A stretch of DNA of 63,603 nucleotides from positions 42,866-106,468 of the forward strand of contig CAJFCJ010000095.1 of assembly GCA_904063045.1 (NCBI GenBank), given 5' to 3'. This DNA is from Dimorphilus gyrociliatus. Lineage: Eukaryota; Animalia; Annelida. Made by a program: the position numbers and the translations under genes. Of the stretch, positions 35,801-46,565 are shown piece after piece; positions within the stretch are counted from its first letter, which is position 1; the number at the start of each line of letters is the position of its first letter. Below the pieces are notes generated by a model. The model had not been told where the DNA came from. It saw nothing but the letters and a program-made list of their open reading frames with translations, and did no database searches.

Positions 35801-36900
35801 GAGAATAACTGAGTCATTGTCAGACTTAGGTATATTTCCAGTCTCTTCATCAGATGAGTCTATAACCATTATGGAATCATTGTCAGACTCAATTGTGTTA
35901 CTGGTCTCTTCTTCAGATGAGTCTATAACAATCATTGAATCATTATCAGGCTCAGTTATGTTATCAAGCTCTTCCTCAGATGAGTCTATAACAATCATTG
36001 AACCATGATCAGAATCAGTTGAATCACTAATTTCATCTTCAGATGAGCTTGTACCATTGATTATATCCAAATCTGAGTCTGGGCTGTGATCTGATTCAAT
36101 ACTTGTTTCTGTATCATAATTTTCAGAAGTACTGGAACTTTCATCGTGCCATAATTGCTATTTGAATCAAAACCATTGAATCCCTCATAAACTATGCTTG
36201 AACCATGAGTGTTGCTTGTATCATAGCCAGTATCTGGATCAGTAACTTCCATTTCTGAGTCCACACTATCTGAAACTTCAGATGGAGTATCAAAAACTTC
36301 AGATGGAGTGTCAGAATCTTCAAAATACTGTCCCATCATTCCAACAGTTACTTTTTTTACACTGCCTTGTTTTCCAAATTTTGTTTGGTGATTTTCGTTA
36401 TATTGCAAAAACTTTCTAACTGGTTGTCCTTTTCTGATAAAGAATGGAAGAGAAACTTGTTTTGTTGCAAAATCAATAAGAGCTCCAGCATTTTCTAAGA
36501 AATCACAACCAAGTATTATAGCCATATCTAGTTTTTCCATAATAAAGAATTCTTGTTCCATAATTCTTCCATTAAATTGAATATTCAGTTTTGTTTTTCC
36601 TTTTGTCTTTAAAGCATTTCCCTCTGCTGAAGTGATGATTGGTAAGCCAGTAGTTTCTTTCTTGATGAATTTAGAATCCATTAACCTGATTTCTTTTTCT
36701 GTAATAAATGACAAAAGTGCTCCTGAATCACATAAAGCAATAACCTCTCTTCCATTATGATTTTTCATTCGAAATTGGAAATCTTTTCTGCCTTTTACCA
36801 AAGAAGTACACTTAAAATGTGCGATTTTCTCTTCTTTGAGATTAAATATTGCCATTCTTCCTTTAGAAATTTCAGTTTCATTAGGTTCATCAGTCCAACA
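32820..36900 (-). pseudogene. pol: pol (protease, acidic repeat insert, RT, RNase H, integrase) broken by single-base frameshifts in this assembly
   Basis: LCDSGALLSF; PIVFVKKKEGTLRMCVDYRKLN; YMDDII; FYLTTDASNYAVGAVL; HQ..H.G...CEFC; RIAMDIMGP, TDQGRNF, SNGMVER. Frame slips near 32870, 33075, 33345, 33475, 34590 and 36145. Confidence 0.9.
35777..36070 (-). repeat. 63-bp (21-aa) tandem repeat, four good copies plus one degenerate, inside pol between protease and RT
   Basis: SMIVIDSSEEELDNITEPDND / SMIVIDSSEEETSNTIESDND / SIMVIDSSDEETGNIPKSDND / SVILINSSEEETE. Confidence 0.95.
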
Positions 36901-37896
36901 TGTATTAGTCTGTTAAAGCTGCCTTTTTCATTATTTCCTGCATTTCCATTTCTTTGTTGTTGAAATCTATTTTGAGAAAAAGGTTTAAATGTATGTTCAT
37001 TTTGATTTGAGTTACTCTGATTGTTGTCAAATCTCCTTTTGTACTGTTTGAATTCATTTTCGCTTTCTTTTCTTGCATTATCAAAAAATATTTCTGCTCT
37101 TTTTGCCAATTTAATATACTGATTAACTGAGTTAATCTTTCCATCTTTTTCCACATGATTAACAATTTTTCCTTTAAGACCATTCCTGAATACAGTTAAC
37201 AGTTGAAGTTCTCTAACTCTTTCAGTAACACAAGCCATTTCAGTAGTATTGAATGGTAGGAATTTTTCCACAAGTTCTTTACTTCTTCTAACAAAACTTT
37301 GGACAGTTTCATCATTGAACTGTCTCAATCTATCAATTTCTTTTTTGTAAGCCATAGGATCTGGATTAAATTCTTCATCCAATGCATCCCAAATTTCATT
37401 TTCATTTGCCATGGAGGGTAAACTTTCAATAACATCTCTGGCTCTTCCAGTAGTGATTTTCTCAGCATTCGAACTCTTTCTCTTCTGTATCCCAAAGGTT
37501 TAATTCACAAGCTGTTTGAAAGTTCCTCTTAAAGGCCCAAGTATCTTTGCTACCAAATAGGGTCTCAGCAAAGTAGTATTAGGTTTCTCATTAGCATCAA
37601 TTAGAAGACTTGCAATTGTCTTTTCCAAAGCATTATCTTGAATGCCATCATAACTGAATTTTGGTTGAGTAGGATCAGGATTAAACCATACCTTCAGGAA
37701 TTGTAGCTGCCCCAGTCATCAAATGGTACTTTAAAAAGCTATTACCATCAACTTTGGCTCCACTACTTTTAATTCTCAACATTAATTCATTAATTTTTGA
37801 AAGATACTCATCTACTTCCTTGCTCTGGCTTTGTCATCTTCATAAACCAAAATAACATTCATTGAAGTAGCATTGTGGGCTGTCGACTGCGCCATA
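36900..37896 (-). pseudogene. gag: gag (retrotransposon capsid), frameshifted near the contig end
   Basis: MAQSTAHNATSMNVILVYEDDKARA...; ITTGRARDVIESLPSMANENEIWDALDEEF...LRQFNDETVQSFVRR. Confidence 0.75.
37880..37894 (-). promoter_or_regulatory. Primer-binding site, probably for tRNA-Ser
   Basis: TGGCGCAGTCGACAG lies 4 nt after the LTR end. TGGCGCAGTCG is the known tRNA-Ser-type PBS of 17.6/297-like gypsy elements. Confidence 0.8.
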
Positions 37897-37898
37897 TT

Positions 37899-38068
37899 TG
37901 TACTTGTTGTATTGTAATGTAGGAATTTCTGGTTCGTCACAACAATGAATCGTCCTTTCCAATCATTTACAACTTGCCAAAGTACTGTCCAAATAGAACC
38001 TTTAAAGTTCGTCCCAAAATAGTCCTAACAAAGGCAAATTTCGGTAGAAATTGATTAACAAAAACACC
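37899..38068 (-). repeat. 5' LTR, visible U5 end only
   Basis: Matches 29246-29416 with several small indels, as expected at a contig end. Confidence 0.9.
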
Positions 38069-39036
38069 NNNNNNNNNNNNNNNNNNNNNNNNNNNNNNNN
38101 NNNNNNNNNNNNNNNNNNNNNNNNNNNNNNNNNNNNNNNNNNNNNNNNNNNNNNNNNNNNNNNNNNNNNNNNNNNNNNNNNNNNNNNNNNNNNNNNNNNN
38201 NNNNNNNNNNNNNNNNNNNNNNNNNNNNNNNNNNNNNNNNNNNNNNNNNNNNNNNNNNNNNNNNNNNNNNNNNNNNNNNNNNNNNNNNNNNNNNNNNNNN
38301 NNNNNNNNNNNNNNNNNNNNNNNNNNNNNNNNNNNNNNNNNNNNNNNNNNNNNNNNNNNNNNNNNNNNNNNNNNNNNNNNNNNNNNNNNNNNNNNNNNNN
38401 NNNNNNNNNNNNNNNNNNNNNNNNNNNNNNNNNNNNNNNNNNNNNNNNNNNNNNNNNNNNNNNNNNNNNNNNNNNNNNNNNNNNNNNNNNNNNNNNNNNN
38501 NNNNNNNNNNNNNNNNNNNNNNNNNNNNNNNNNNNNNNNNNNNNNNNNNNNNNNNNNNNNNNNNNNNNNNNNNNNNNNNNNNNNNNNNNNNNNNNNNNNN
38601 NNNNNNNNNNNNNNNNNNNNNNNNNNNNNNNNNNNNNNNNNNNNNNNNNNNNNNNNNNNNNNNNNNNNNNNNNNNNNNNNNNNNNNNNNNNNNNNNNNNN
38701 NNNNNNNNNNNNNNNNNNNNNNNNNNNNNNNNNNNNNNNNNNNNNNNNNNNNNNNNNNNNNNNNNNNNNNNNNNNNNNNNNNNNNNNNNNNNNNNNNNNN
38801 NNNNNNNNNNNNNNNNNNNNNNNNNNNNNNNNNNNNNNNNNNNNNNNNNNNNNNNNNNNNNNNNNNNNNNNNNNNNNNNNNNNNNNNNNNNNNNNNNNNN
38901 NNNNNNNNNNNNNNNNNNNNNNNNNNNNNNNNNNNNNNNNNNNNNNNNNNNNNNNNNNNNNNNNNNNNNNNNNNNNNNNNNNNNNNNNNNNNNNNNNNNN
39001 NNNNNNNNNNNNNNNNNNNNNNNNNNNNNNNNNNNG
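38069..39036. other. Assembly gap (968 N)
   Basis: N run. Confidence 1.
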
Positions 39037-40401
39037 AGGTTGGTCAACATGGTCGGATTGGAGTTCTTGCGAACCATCCTGCGGAGATGGTCTTCGAATT
39101 CGTACAAGAAATTGCGATAGTCCACCTCCAATGAACGGAGGTGACGATTGTCCCGGAAGTTCGGTTGACGTTGATATATGTTTAAATCCTCCTTGTAACG
39201 TGGCAAATTCTCAATCGTCTATGGTAAGTATAGTAAGAAATACGAGAATTCCAGAGGGAAGAGTAAAATGGCAAGTAATTTCAACAGAACAAGGAAATTT
39301 TTTTAACACAACAACAAATTCATTGAATGTTGAACAACAAGGATTTTTCTTTACATCAATATCAATTTCAACAAGAAATTCACACTCAGCTAATCTAATA
39401 ATGAAAGATTTTGGTGTTGACATTGCCCTTTCAAGGTTAACTGTACAAACTTCTATATCAGCTACATCGGATATATCAGCTAGATCTGGATTATTTTCAC
39501 TTACGCCTCTATTTAATCCATACATTTACAATGATTTTCTTACTCCAATAGCAAGTTCAACTTCCGGTCAACATATGTCGTGGACTACGTTTCGTTATGA
39601 GACAAACAATGGTTTTTTTGTTGGTAGAGTTACATCATCAAACGGGACTACTGGTTTATTACCGTTTGAAAGAGTTGTAACGTTAAGAGGAGTTGTGCCA
39701 ACAGCCGATAAAAGACAGTTAAGAATTTCGACCAGCGGTCTATACTATATAAACATTGGTATAGGCTTCAATGCTAAAGAAAAGGCGTGGTTAACGCTGG
39801 ACATTAACAATCGTAACAACAAATCCGAATTATCTATTATAAGAAATCATAGAGCCCTTAACGCCTTTGATCAAGCGTCCAGAGGATTTATTATCCAATT
39901 AAACGCTGGCGATAATATTGGTTTAAAACTATTGGAAGGTGAATCGAGGTCAACAAACTATTTGGAAACTTATTTAACAGGTTTCCAATTGGATACATCC
40001 CAAAATAGGCCTATATTTTTTGCCTATAAAACAAAAAGCGTTAATAACGTAGTTAGAAGGAGAATATTATTTGAAGATATATCAATTGACACAACTTCAT
40101 CATGGAGTGCGAATGATCGTTCGTACAAAGTACCAAAAACTGGACTCTACTATGCCGACGTCTCTATTGGATTATATCCACAACGTTTTGGAATTGTCTA
40201 TATAACTGTTAATTTTAATATAAGATTAATATTATGGCGTCAAGTAACAATTCATACGTCATACGATACAGTCAGTAGAGGCGGTTAATACAACTGCAAC
40301 AAGGACAATCTGTTGCAGTTGAATTATTGCAATCTATCTACAGTGAAAATAATATTAAATTAACTTCGTTCGCTTTGTTCTATGTTTCTGAGTTGGAATA
40401 A
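39037..40401 (+). CDS. 3' part of a TSP1 plus triple C1q-domain protein; 1-nt frameshift near 40285
   Basis: WSTWSDWSSCEPSCGDGLRIRTRNC (TSP1). Three C1q-like domains with GFFF, GLYYINI and GLYYADV cores. The third domain is completed in another frame: LIQLQQGQSVAVEL...TSFALFYVSELE*. Confidence 0.85.
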
Positions 40402-41665
40402 AATTTTTTTTTTCATATTTTGGAAATTTCAATGCACAAACACACATACATTTATTATTACATAATCTTGTAATAAGTAGTATTAATAACGCCATCTATC
40501 GGATATAATATATGTACTAAAAACATGTATGGTATTGGTTATTTTCAAAAAGTATTCCAACTATATTCGTTCGGTGTCCATTCTAGACTCCAAAATGTAT
40601 GTAAAATAACTAAAAGATCTTATTTTTATATTTTTGAGAAAAAATTCCTATATATTGAAAATTATAGGAAAAAGTTACTCTGCTACTATACCTGTTGGTG
40701 CTGGTGATAAAGTATTTAAATACTTCTGTAGCGAAGATGGATGGGGAATTGGAATGTTTTTGTAATAAATCTGTACAGTTGATAAATATTTCTACGAAAT
40801 CAAGAAAATTTTCCAATGTGAAGAATTTGAATTTCCTAAAGTTTATTATAGTTACAAAAAATCAATATTATCGAATATTCATGCTATTAATTGATCATTA
40901 GCATAATAGATGTTTGTTGGAGATATCTACAGTTTTACCTTAATGATTAATCCCAAGTTAGTGGTATATTAAATAAATTCATTAAATTGTCCTTGACCTT
41001 TACTTAATACTTACAAAATTCTTGAAACGATGATTCCGGAAATGAAAGAAAAGTATCAAAACAGCAATGGAATTTTCAAAGTTATCTGTGAATCATACTG
41101 CTTAGATTGACATAGAAATCTTATATTTAAGTATCTAATTCAAACATGCAAAATATTTCTGTGATTCTTTTGGAGGTGTTGTGAAATATTTTAAAATATT
41201 TTTTTCATGCCTTTCTATGTTTTCAATAAACCATTTAAAAGACAACTTTCAACACATGCCAATGACTAAACTTTATAAATCACTCCTGCACTTAAAATAC
41301 AATATGCTAAGAGAGAGAGAGAGGCATGGAGAGAGGGGGATGTAATTCTAAAATATAGGCTTATTTTTTTTAATTAATTTCTTTAGTTGTCTAAGCTTTA
41401 AAATTATCGTTTTTCTTAATGAATGATGTTCTATTATGCACTAGGCTTAAAGTATAATGCATATTCATTTTGTAAGGTAAATTTCCTCTCCCCAAGTAAC
41501 TAACTCTATATTAACATTGAACTAGGAACAATTTGGCAACCTGCCTATACACAGTTACATAGTAAATCTTTCTCATGACATTCAAATGTGCTTTACATAA
41601 AGTAATTCCGTCAATACGTCATTTTGCAACATTTTAAAAAGATAATATAACATTCATCTAGAATA

Positions 41666-41680
41666 AAACTAGGTGGCGCT
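41666..41680 (+). promoter_or_regulatory. CTCF-like motif upstream of the methyltransferase gene
   Basis: AAACTAGGTGGCGCT matches 12/14 positions of CCASYAGRKGGCRS. Confidence 0.5.
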
Positions 41681-41765
41681 CTGAATCTTTTATAAAAAAA
41701 AAACTTTTTTGTATAAAAGTTCAACCTTAAATCTTTAAATTAGGACAAAATTTTGAATCACTAAA

Positions 41766-42476
41766 ATGACATCATTTAGAGAAGATTATAACAATGAAGA
41801 ATGGCCTGAAAATTTTATAAACAATTGGAGACAACCTGATATAGAGAATTTCGCAAATTTATTTCAACTTCATAGATTTATAAAGAGTTTGACAAAAAGT
41901 GGTAAATATTTGGAAATTGGGAGTGGTCCTTCACCTATTGGAATTTTTTCAGCGAGTATCAAATTCGATGACATTACATTATCCGACTTCTCTGATGTTA
42001 ATATCGACTGCTTGAAAAAATGGAAAACTGTAGATGACCTAGACAACATAAGAACTTTGGTTCAGTATGTTTCAGCTTTAGAAGGTCGTGATATTAACGA
42101 AATGAATGAAAATGCATTGAAAAGTGTTAAGAAAATTTCACAGTCGGATTTGCTCAATCATCAAATAATACCAAATGACGATAGTAAGTATGATGTAATC
42201 TCCATGAATTTCGTGTTGCTGTCTGCTTGTAAAACAGAGGAAGATTTGATGAAGTCGTTAAAAAATGTATACAATAAATTGAATCCAGGTGGCGTATTAT
42301 ACGATTACGGAGCTGTAAAACAGCAAAATTATCAAGTAGGGGAAAAAACATTTGCTCATTATTGCATTGATTCAGACAAACTTGTAAATATTGTAGAAGA
42401 AGTTGGCTTCAAAGTATCATCGTACGGAAAGTTTGTCATGAGTGTTCCAACATATTTTTTTATAGCCAGTTGCTGA
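41766..42476 (+). CDS. NNMT/PNMT/TEMT-family SAM-dependent methyltransferase (236 aa, intronless)
   Basis: LEIGSGPS motif I; LSDFSDVNIDCLKKW; YDVISMNFVL; LNPGGVL; C-terminal FFIA. Confidence 0.9.
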   Translation: MTSFREDYNNEEWPENFINNWRQPDIENFANLFQLHRFIKSLTKSGKYLEIGSGPSPIGIFSASIKFDDITLSDFSDVNIDCLKKWKTVDDLDNIRTLVQYVSALEGRDINEMNENALKSVKKISQSDLLNHQIIPNDDSKYDVISMNFVLLSACKTEEDLMKSLKNVYNKLNPGGVLYDYGAVKQQNYQVGEKTFAHYCIDSDKLVNIVEEVGFKVSSYGKFVMSVPTYFFIASC

Positions 42477-43038
42477 ATAAAATTCCAAATAATCAATATT
42501 AATTTAACATAGATATTGGAAGAAGAAAAGTGTTCCTGAGTTTATCATGTGGGAAAAGTTTCTCCTGCTCCCATTTAACATTCTTTGTTTATTAGTCAAT
42601 AACTGCCAGATATTAATTAATCATAAATTCTCTAAACTTATTAAATATACATTCAAAGCATTCTTTAATATACTGCCAGATGATTTTATCCAAAAACAGT
42701 TAAATTTAATTGAATCTACAAACTTCAACTATTTCAAGAGTATGACCTACTTTCTTTTGCCATTGAAATCTCCTTGCTTTAATCAAAAATATTTAAAGAT
42801 ATGTAAATTTTCTGCTTTCATTGTACAAAGTTAATCATTGAACAGCATAGAATTTTTGATAATTGAATATTCAAAGTATATCCTACAATACTTCTATATT
42901 TATCCAAACTCTAGTTGAGGTCAATGACATTAAAGTAGAATTTTACAAGACTTTTTTTGAAAGCTGAACTCTGAAAATGTGGGTAAAAAATTTGAAAGCC
43001 AAAACATTCTATTGAGATTCTTTACCTTAGAAAATTGA

Positions 43039-43977
43039 TTAAATATTTCTGGATGTCACTCTATTTTGTTTAAAGAGATTATAGATGGAGTGTTTAATTG
43101 AAGAATTTCCAATTATTGCTATTATAGGGTTAATTACAGATTGAAGTACAATTATAATATTTGCACTGTTTACAATTTTTATTGTCGTTGCAGTTGGATA
43201 GTAGAAATATATAACAAATGTTAAAGAATATAACATCCAAAGAGAAGCCATTAGGACTAATTGTATTAAAGTTGCTTTAGAGGATTTGGAGATATTTTTA
43301 GTCCTATTTGTTTGTTTTTGTATATCATTTGCATGTTTTTTAGCCAATTTCAAAAGTTTTGAATGTAGAACTAAAGCTCCAAATATATTTGGAAGGAAAA
43401 TAGTTTGATATATAAAAAAATATTCATTTTTATAAACCATATAACCTTGACAAATTGCATATTTTCTATAGCCAAACATTGGAATATAACATGGAAAAAG
43501 ACAAAAGATAAATGAGAATAGAATAATAAGAAAAATAGTAAAAAATGATCTGCAATTAGTGAAATATCTATCATAATGTAAAGGATATTTAATCATAATA
43601 AATCTATAAATAAAACAAAATAATAAATAAATTTGGGATTGAACATAAAAAATTACTTTTAACAAATATGTTAAAATACATAAAACTGGTTGTATACTTT
43701 CCAGATCAACTGATACCCTTATAATTGATTCAGCAATATTCCAGATTAAAATACAAATATCTGCAATGGTTATTGCTGGAATAAATATTACAATTGATTT
43801 AATGATCTGTCTATTTTTTAAAATAATCAATAGTATAAGAGTATTGAGTAATATTCCCAAAGAGAAGAGACTAAAATACAATGTTAATAGTAGTATATAT
43901 TCTATTTCTCCAAATTCAACTATACCAGTTATGTTTGTTCTATTCATTTTCAAATTTAAATTTTCTATTTTCTTCAA
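43039..43977 (-). CDS. Orphan rhodopsin-like GPCR (312 aa, intronless)
   Basis: Seven hydrophobic segments; GILLN (TM1), ADI (TM2), YRFIMIKYPLHY (DRY variant), NPII (TM7). Confidence 0.85.
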   Translation of the reverse strand: MKKIENLNLKMNRTNITGIVEFGEIEYILLLTLYFSLFSLGILLNTLILLIILKNRQIIKSIVIFIPAITIADICILIWNIAESIIRVSVDLESIQPVLCILTYLLKVIFYVQSQIYLLFCFIYRFIMIKYPLHYDRYFTNCRSFFTIFLIILFSFIFCLFPCYIPMFGYRKYAICQGYMVYKNEYFFIYQTIFLPNIFGALVLHSKLLKLAKKHANDIQKQTNRTKNISKSSKATLIQLVLMASLWMLYSLTFVIYFYYPTATTIKIVNSANIIIVLQSVINPIIAIIGNSSIKHSIYNLFKQNRVTSRNI

Positions 43978-44268
43978 CTGAAAGAGAGAGGAAGATATAA
44001 ACTATCATTAATGATATATACTCAGAAATGCTATTCATTATAAATAATGCTTTTAGCCAAAGAAAACATTCTCCCATTTGCTGTATTAATAAAACAAAGA
44101 AATACATTTATGAAAATTATTCAGGTCACGTGATATTTTTTTTGATAGATAAATATGATTATTATTATCAGCAGTGTTATAAAAAAAGAGGTCAAATTAT
44201 TTGTTGAAAACAATGAGATATATAAATAAAATATATAATTAAAAAACGATTGTCAATCCATTTTGGAG

Positions 44269-45854
44269 ATGGAAAAGAAAGTTTTTAATGATGCTGTTCA
44301 TGGTCACATGGGTTTGTATATTTTTTTATTGTTTAATATATAAATCTATCGAAGATAATATACAAAAATTTAGAATTCCATCCTCTACTTATCAAAGTCA
44401 TTGACACGCCTCAATTTCAACGTTTGCGTTATATTAAACAACTCGGACCTTGTCATTTTGTTTATCCATCTGCTACTCATACCAGTTTCGAACATAGTTT
44501 AGGAACATGCTATTTAGCAACTAAACTGCTTAGAGCGCTTAAAACAACTGACGTTAAATGGTTCGATGAAAAAGATATACTTCTAGTGTCTTTGGGAGGT
44601 CTTTGCAGAAATTTGGCAAATGCACCTCTACTTGCTGATTTTCGAGAGAAATTTAGACGTGACTTCAATATGGATGAAAAGGAATTAGCAGTAAAAATAT
44701 TTGATCAAATCATACAAGAAAATAATTTACAACAAGAATTCGAAAAAGAACAATTTCAAGAGAAGGATAGAGAATTTCTTAGAGATTTGATTTTAGGTAA
44801 AAAAACTGGAGAATTTACTGATGTGAAATTTAGAAATAGAAAGTAAAGTTAATTAGTATGTCAAGAATTTGAAAAATTTGAACACAAAATTGTCATTACA
44901 GATTCCTCTATGAAATTATATGGAATAAGGAAAGTGGAGTAGATGTTGATAGGTTTGATTACATTGCAAGGGATTCTTATCATCTTGGAATTAGATCATC
45001 ATTTGATCATTCTCGTTTTATTCAATTCGCAAAAGTTTCCGAAGATAAAGATGATAAAAATTTTAAAATATCTTTAAGAGAAAAAGTATAATATTTTTAT
45101 TCTTAAGTAAAATATTCTTAGTTTTACCAGTTTTTCTTTATTAAGGAGGCAAAGTGCATTTATGAATTATTCCATACAAGATTACAGCTACATGAGAGAG
45201 CTTATCAGCATAAAACTTGCAAAGCTATAGCGTTAATGTGAGTGTAATGAATACAATTTTCAATGAATAATACCCCAATCCCTCTTCTTTAGGATGTATG
45301 ACGCTTTAATCATGGCAACGGATAATTTTCAATTGAAAATAAAGAATGAAGAAGGAGAAATTGAAGAAGTAAAACTTGGTGAAATATGCCAAAATGTTGA
45401 CGCTTTTAATCAATTTACTGATGAGATATTTTCAAGAATACTTTATTCTACTGACGACAATTTGAAAGATGCCCAACAACTTTTAAGGAGAATCCATCAA
45501 AGGAAACTTTACAGGTGTATTGTTGAAGTAAGCGATGATGATAAAATGAAAGAAGTAGATGAAATCTTAACTTTTCATTTAGAAGATAAAAAAGAATTAC
45601 TTACAAAATACAAAACCATATTCAATTTTGCTCCAGATATGAAAAATATGAATCCAGTTGAAAAATTCCTTTTCTATAAAAAATCTGAACCAGACAAACC
45701 TTTTAAACTTAAAAAAGAAAGAGTTAGTAAATTTTTACCTGAGAATTTTCAAGAAATTAGACTAAGAGTCTATTATAAAGGAGTTGATAAAGAGGAATGT
45801 CGTGAAATAAGGGAAAAGTTTAAAGAGCTTTTGGGAAGCGAGTATATTCAATAA
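44269..45854 (+). CDS. SAMHD1: SAMHD1-like protein without a SAM domain and with a degenerate HD site; five exons, join(44269..44311,44374..44842,44902..45085,45146..45237,45293..45854), 449 aa
   Basis: KVFNDAVHGHM, IDTPQFQRLRYIKQLG, FEHSLG, DVDRFDYIARD, HTRLQLHERAYQHK. All four introns are GT-AG and the joined length of 1350 nt is in frame. Confidence 0.93.
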
Positions 45855-45979
45855 AAAAAGAAACTATTTGGAAAATTTAACATTACTGATTTGACCTTTT
45901 TTATGTATTAAAATTCTTCAAAATGCTGATTTTAATGCAAAAATTAACAAGTTGTAAGACTAATAAATTGATCTTTTAA

Positions 45980-45993
45980 ACACTAGATGGCGT
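45980..45993 (+). promoter_or_regulatory. CTCF-like motif downstream of the SAMHD1-like gene
   Basis: ACACTAGATGGCGT matches 12/14 positions of CCASYAGRKGGCRS. Confidence 0.5.
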
Positions 45994-46089
45994 TTGAAAT
46001 ACAATTTAGATAAAATTTTATGAAAAGAAACCATACATTTTCTGAGAGTATATCTATATATCCATTGGCATTCATTCTAGTTGGAACTT

Positions 46090-46400
46090 TTCAGGGTCCT
46101 CTCTCTCCACTATATATTATAAATCCAAATTTTACTGTTTTACTGGTATATTTTGGATCGTTTCTTTTACCAACTGGCCTTCTAACATATTCCTTTTGAC
46201 AGGAATGCAGTTCAATCTTGCTTCCATTGCTGAAGATAACTTTTCTCCATCTATTTAGATTTTTAGAAATTTCTACATTTGTTATACTTACTTAATAAGA
46301 TTTACATGATTGTATTTTAGAAGAATTAGCTTATCTTTAATTGATGATGGAAAATTTTTAGACAAAATCAAGAGGGGTTGAGAAAAAAACGTCCTATGCA
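46090..46400 (-). mobile_element. Tc1-like transposase remnant
   Basis: RWRKVIFSNGSKIEL...YVRRPVGKRNDPKYTSKTVKFG. Confidence 0.7.
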
Positions 46401-46565
46401 TGGCTAAAGATATACTAGGCATAATTATTGATACTTTTAATCAGAAATATCTTTCTCTTTGCTGTTTACTTCATTTATAAAATAAAATATTAATATTAAC
46501 ATATTATTGTTAATAACATGGTTAAAGACAATTGAAGTCTTAATGAAGTTAACAATACTTGTAAT

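Larger units (their letters stand above)
29246..38068 (-). mobile_element. Ty3/gypsy LTR retroelement with an env gene (order gag-PR-RT-RH-IN-env); the 5' LTR runs into the gap
   Basis: Direct repeat 29246-29416 matches 37899-38068. PBS, PPT, DSGA protease, YMDD RT, RNase H (DAS..E..TDH), HHCC and DDE integrase, GPY module and env are all present. Confidence 0.95.

Noticed and set aside
35777-36070. Regularly spaced repeats as a CRISPR-like array
   Set aside because: Units are 63 bp, in frame, protein-coding and lack unique spacers; the same applies to the 171-bp LRR units.
36795-36920. Programmed -1 frameshift between gag and protease
   Set aside because: No correctly phased X XXY YYZ heptamer was found in the overlap. 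A single lost A (AACAGA-ACT) explains it, like the other slips.
37899-38068. Dating the insertion from LTR-LTR divergence
   Set aside because: Only 170 bp at an error-prone contig end are comparable, and the differences are mostly indels.
38051-39206. Long poly-X ORFs of 745 and 383 aa
   Set aside because: Artefacts of translating through the N gap; only the part after 39037 on the plus strand is real.
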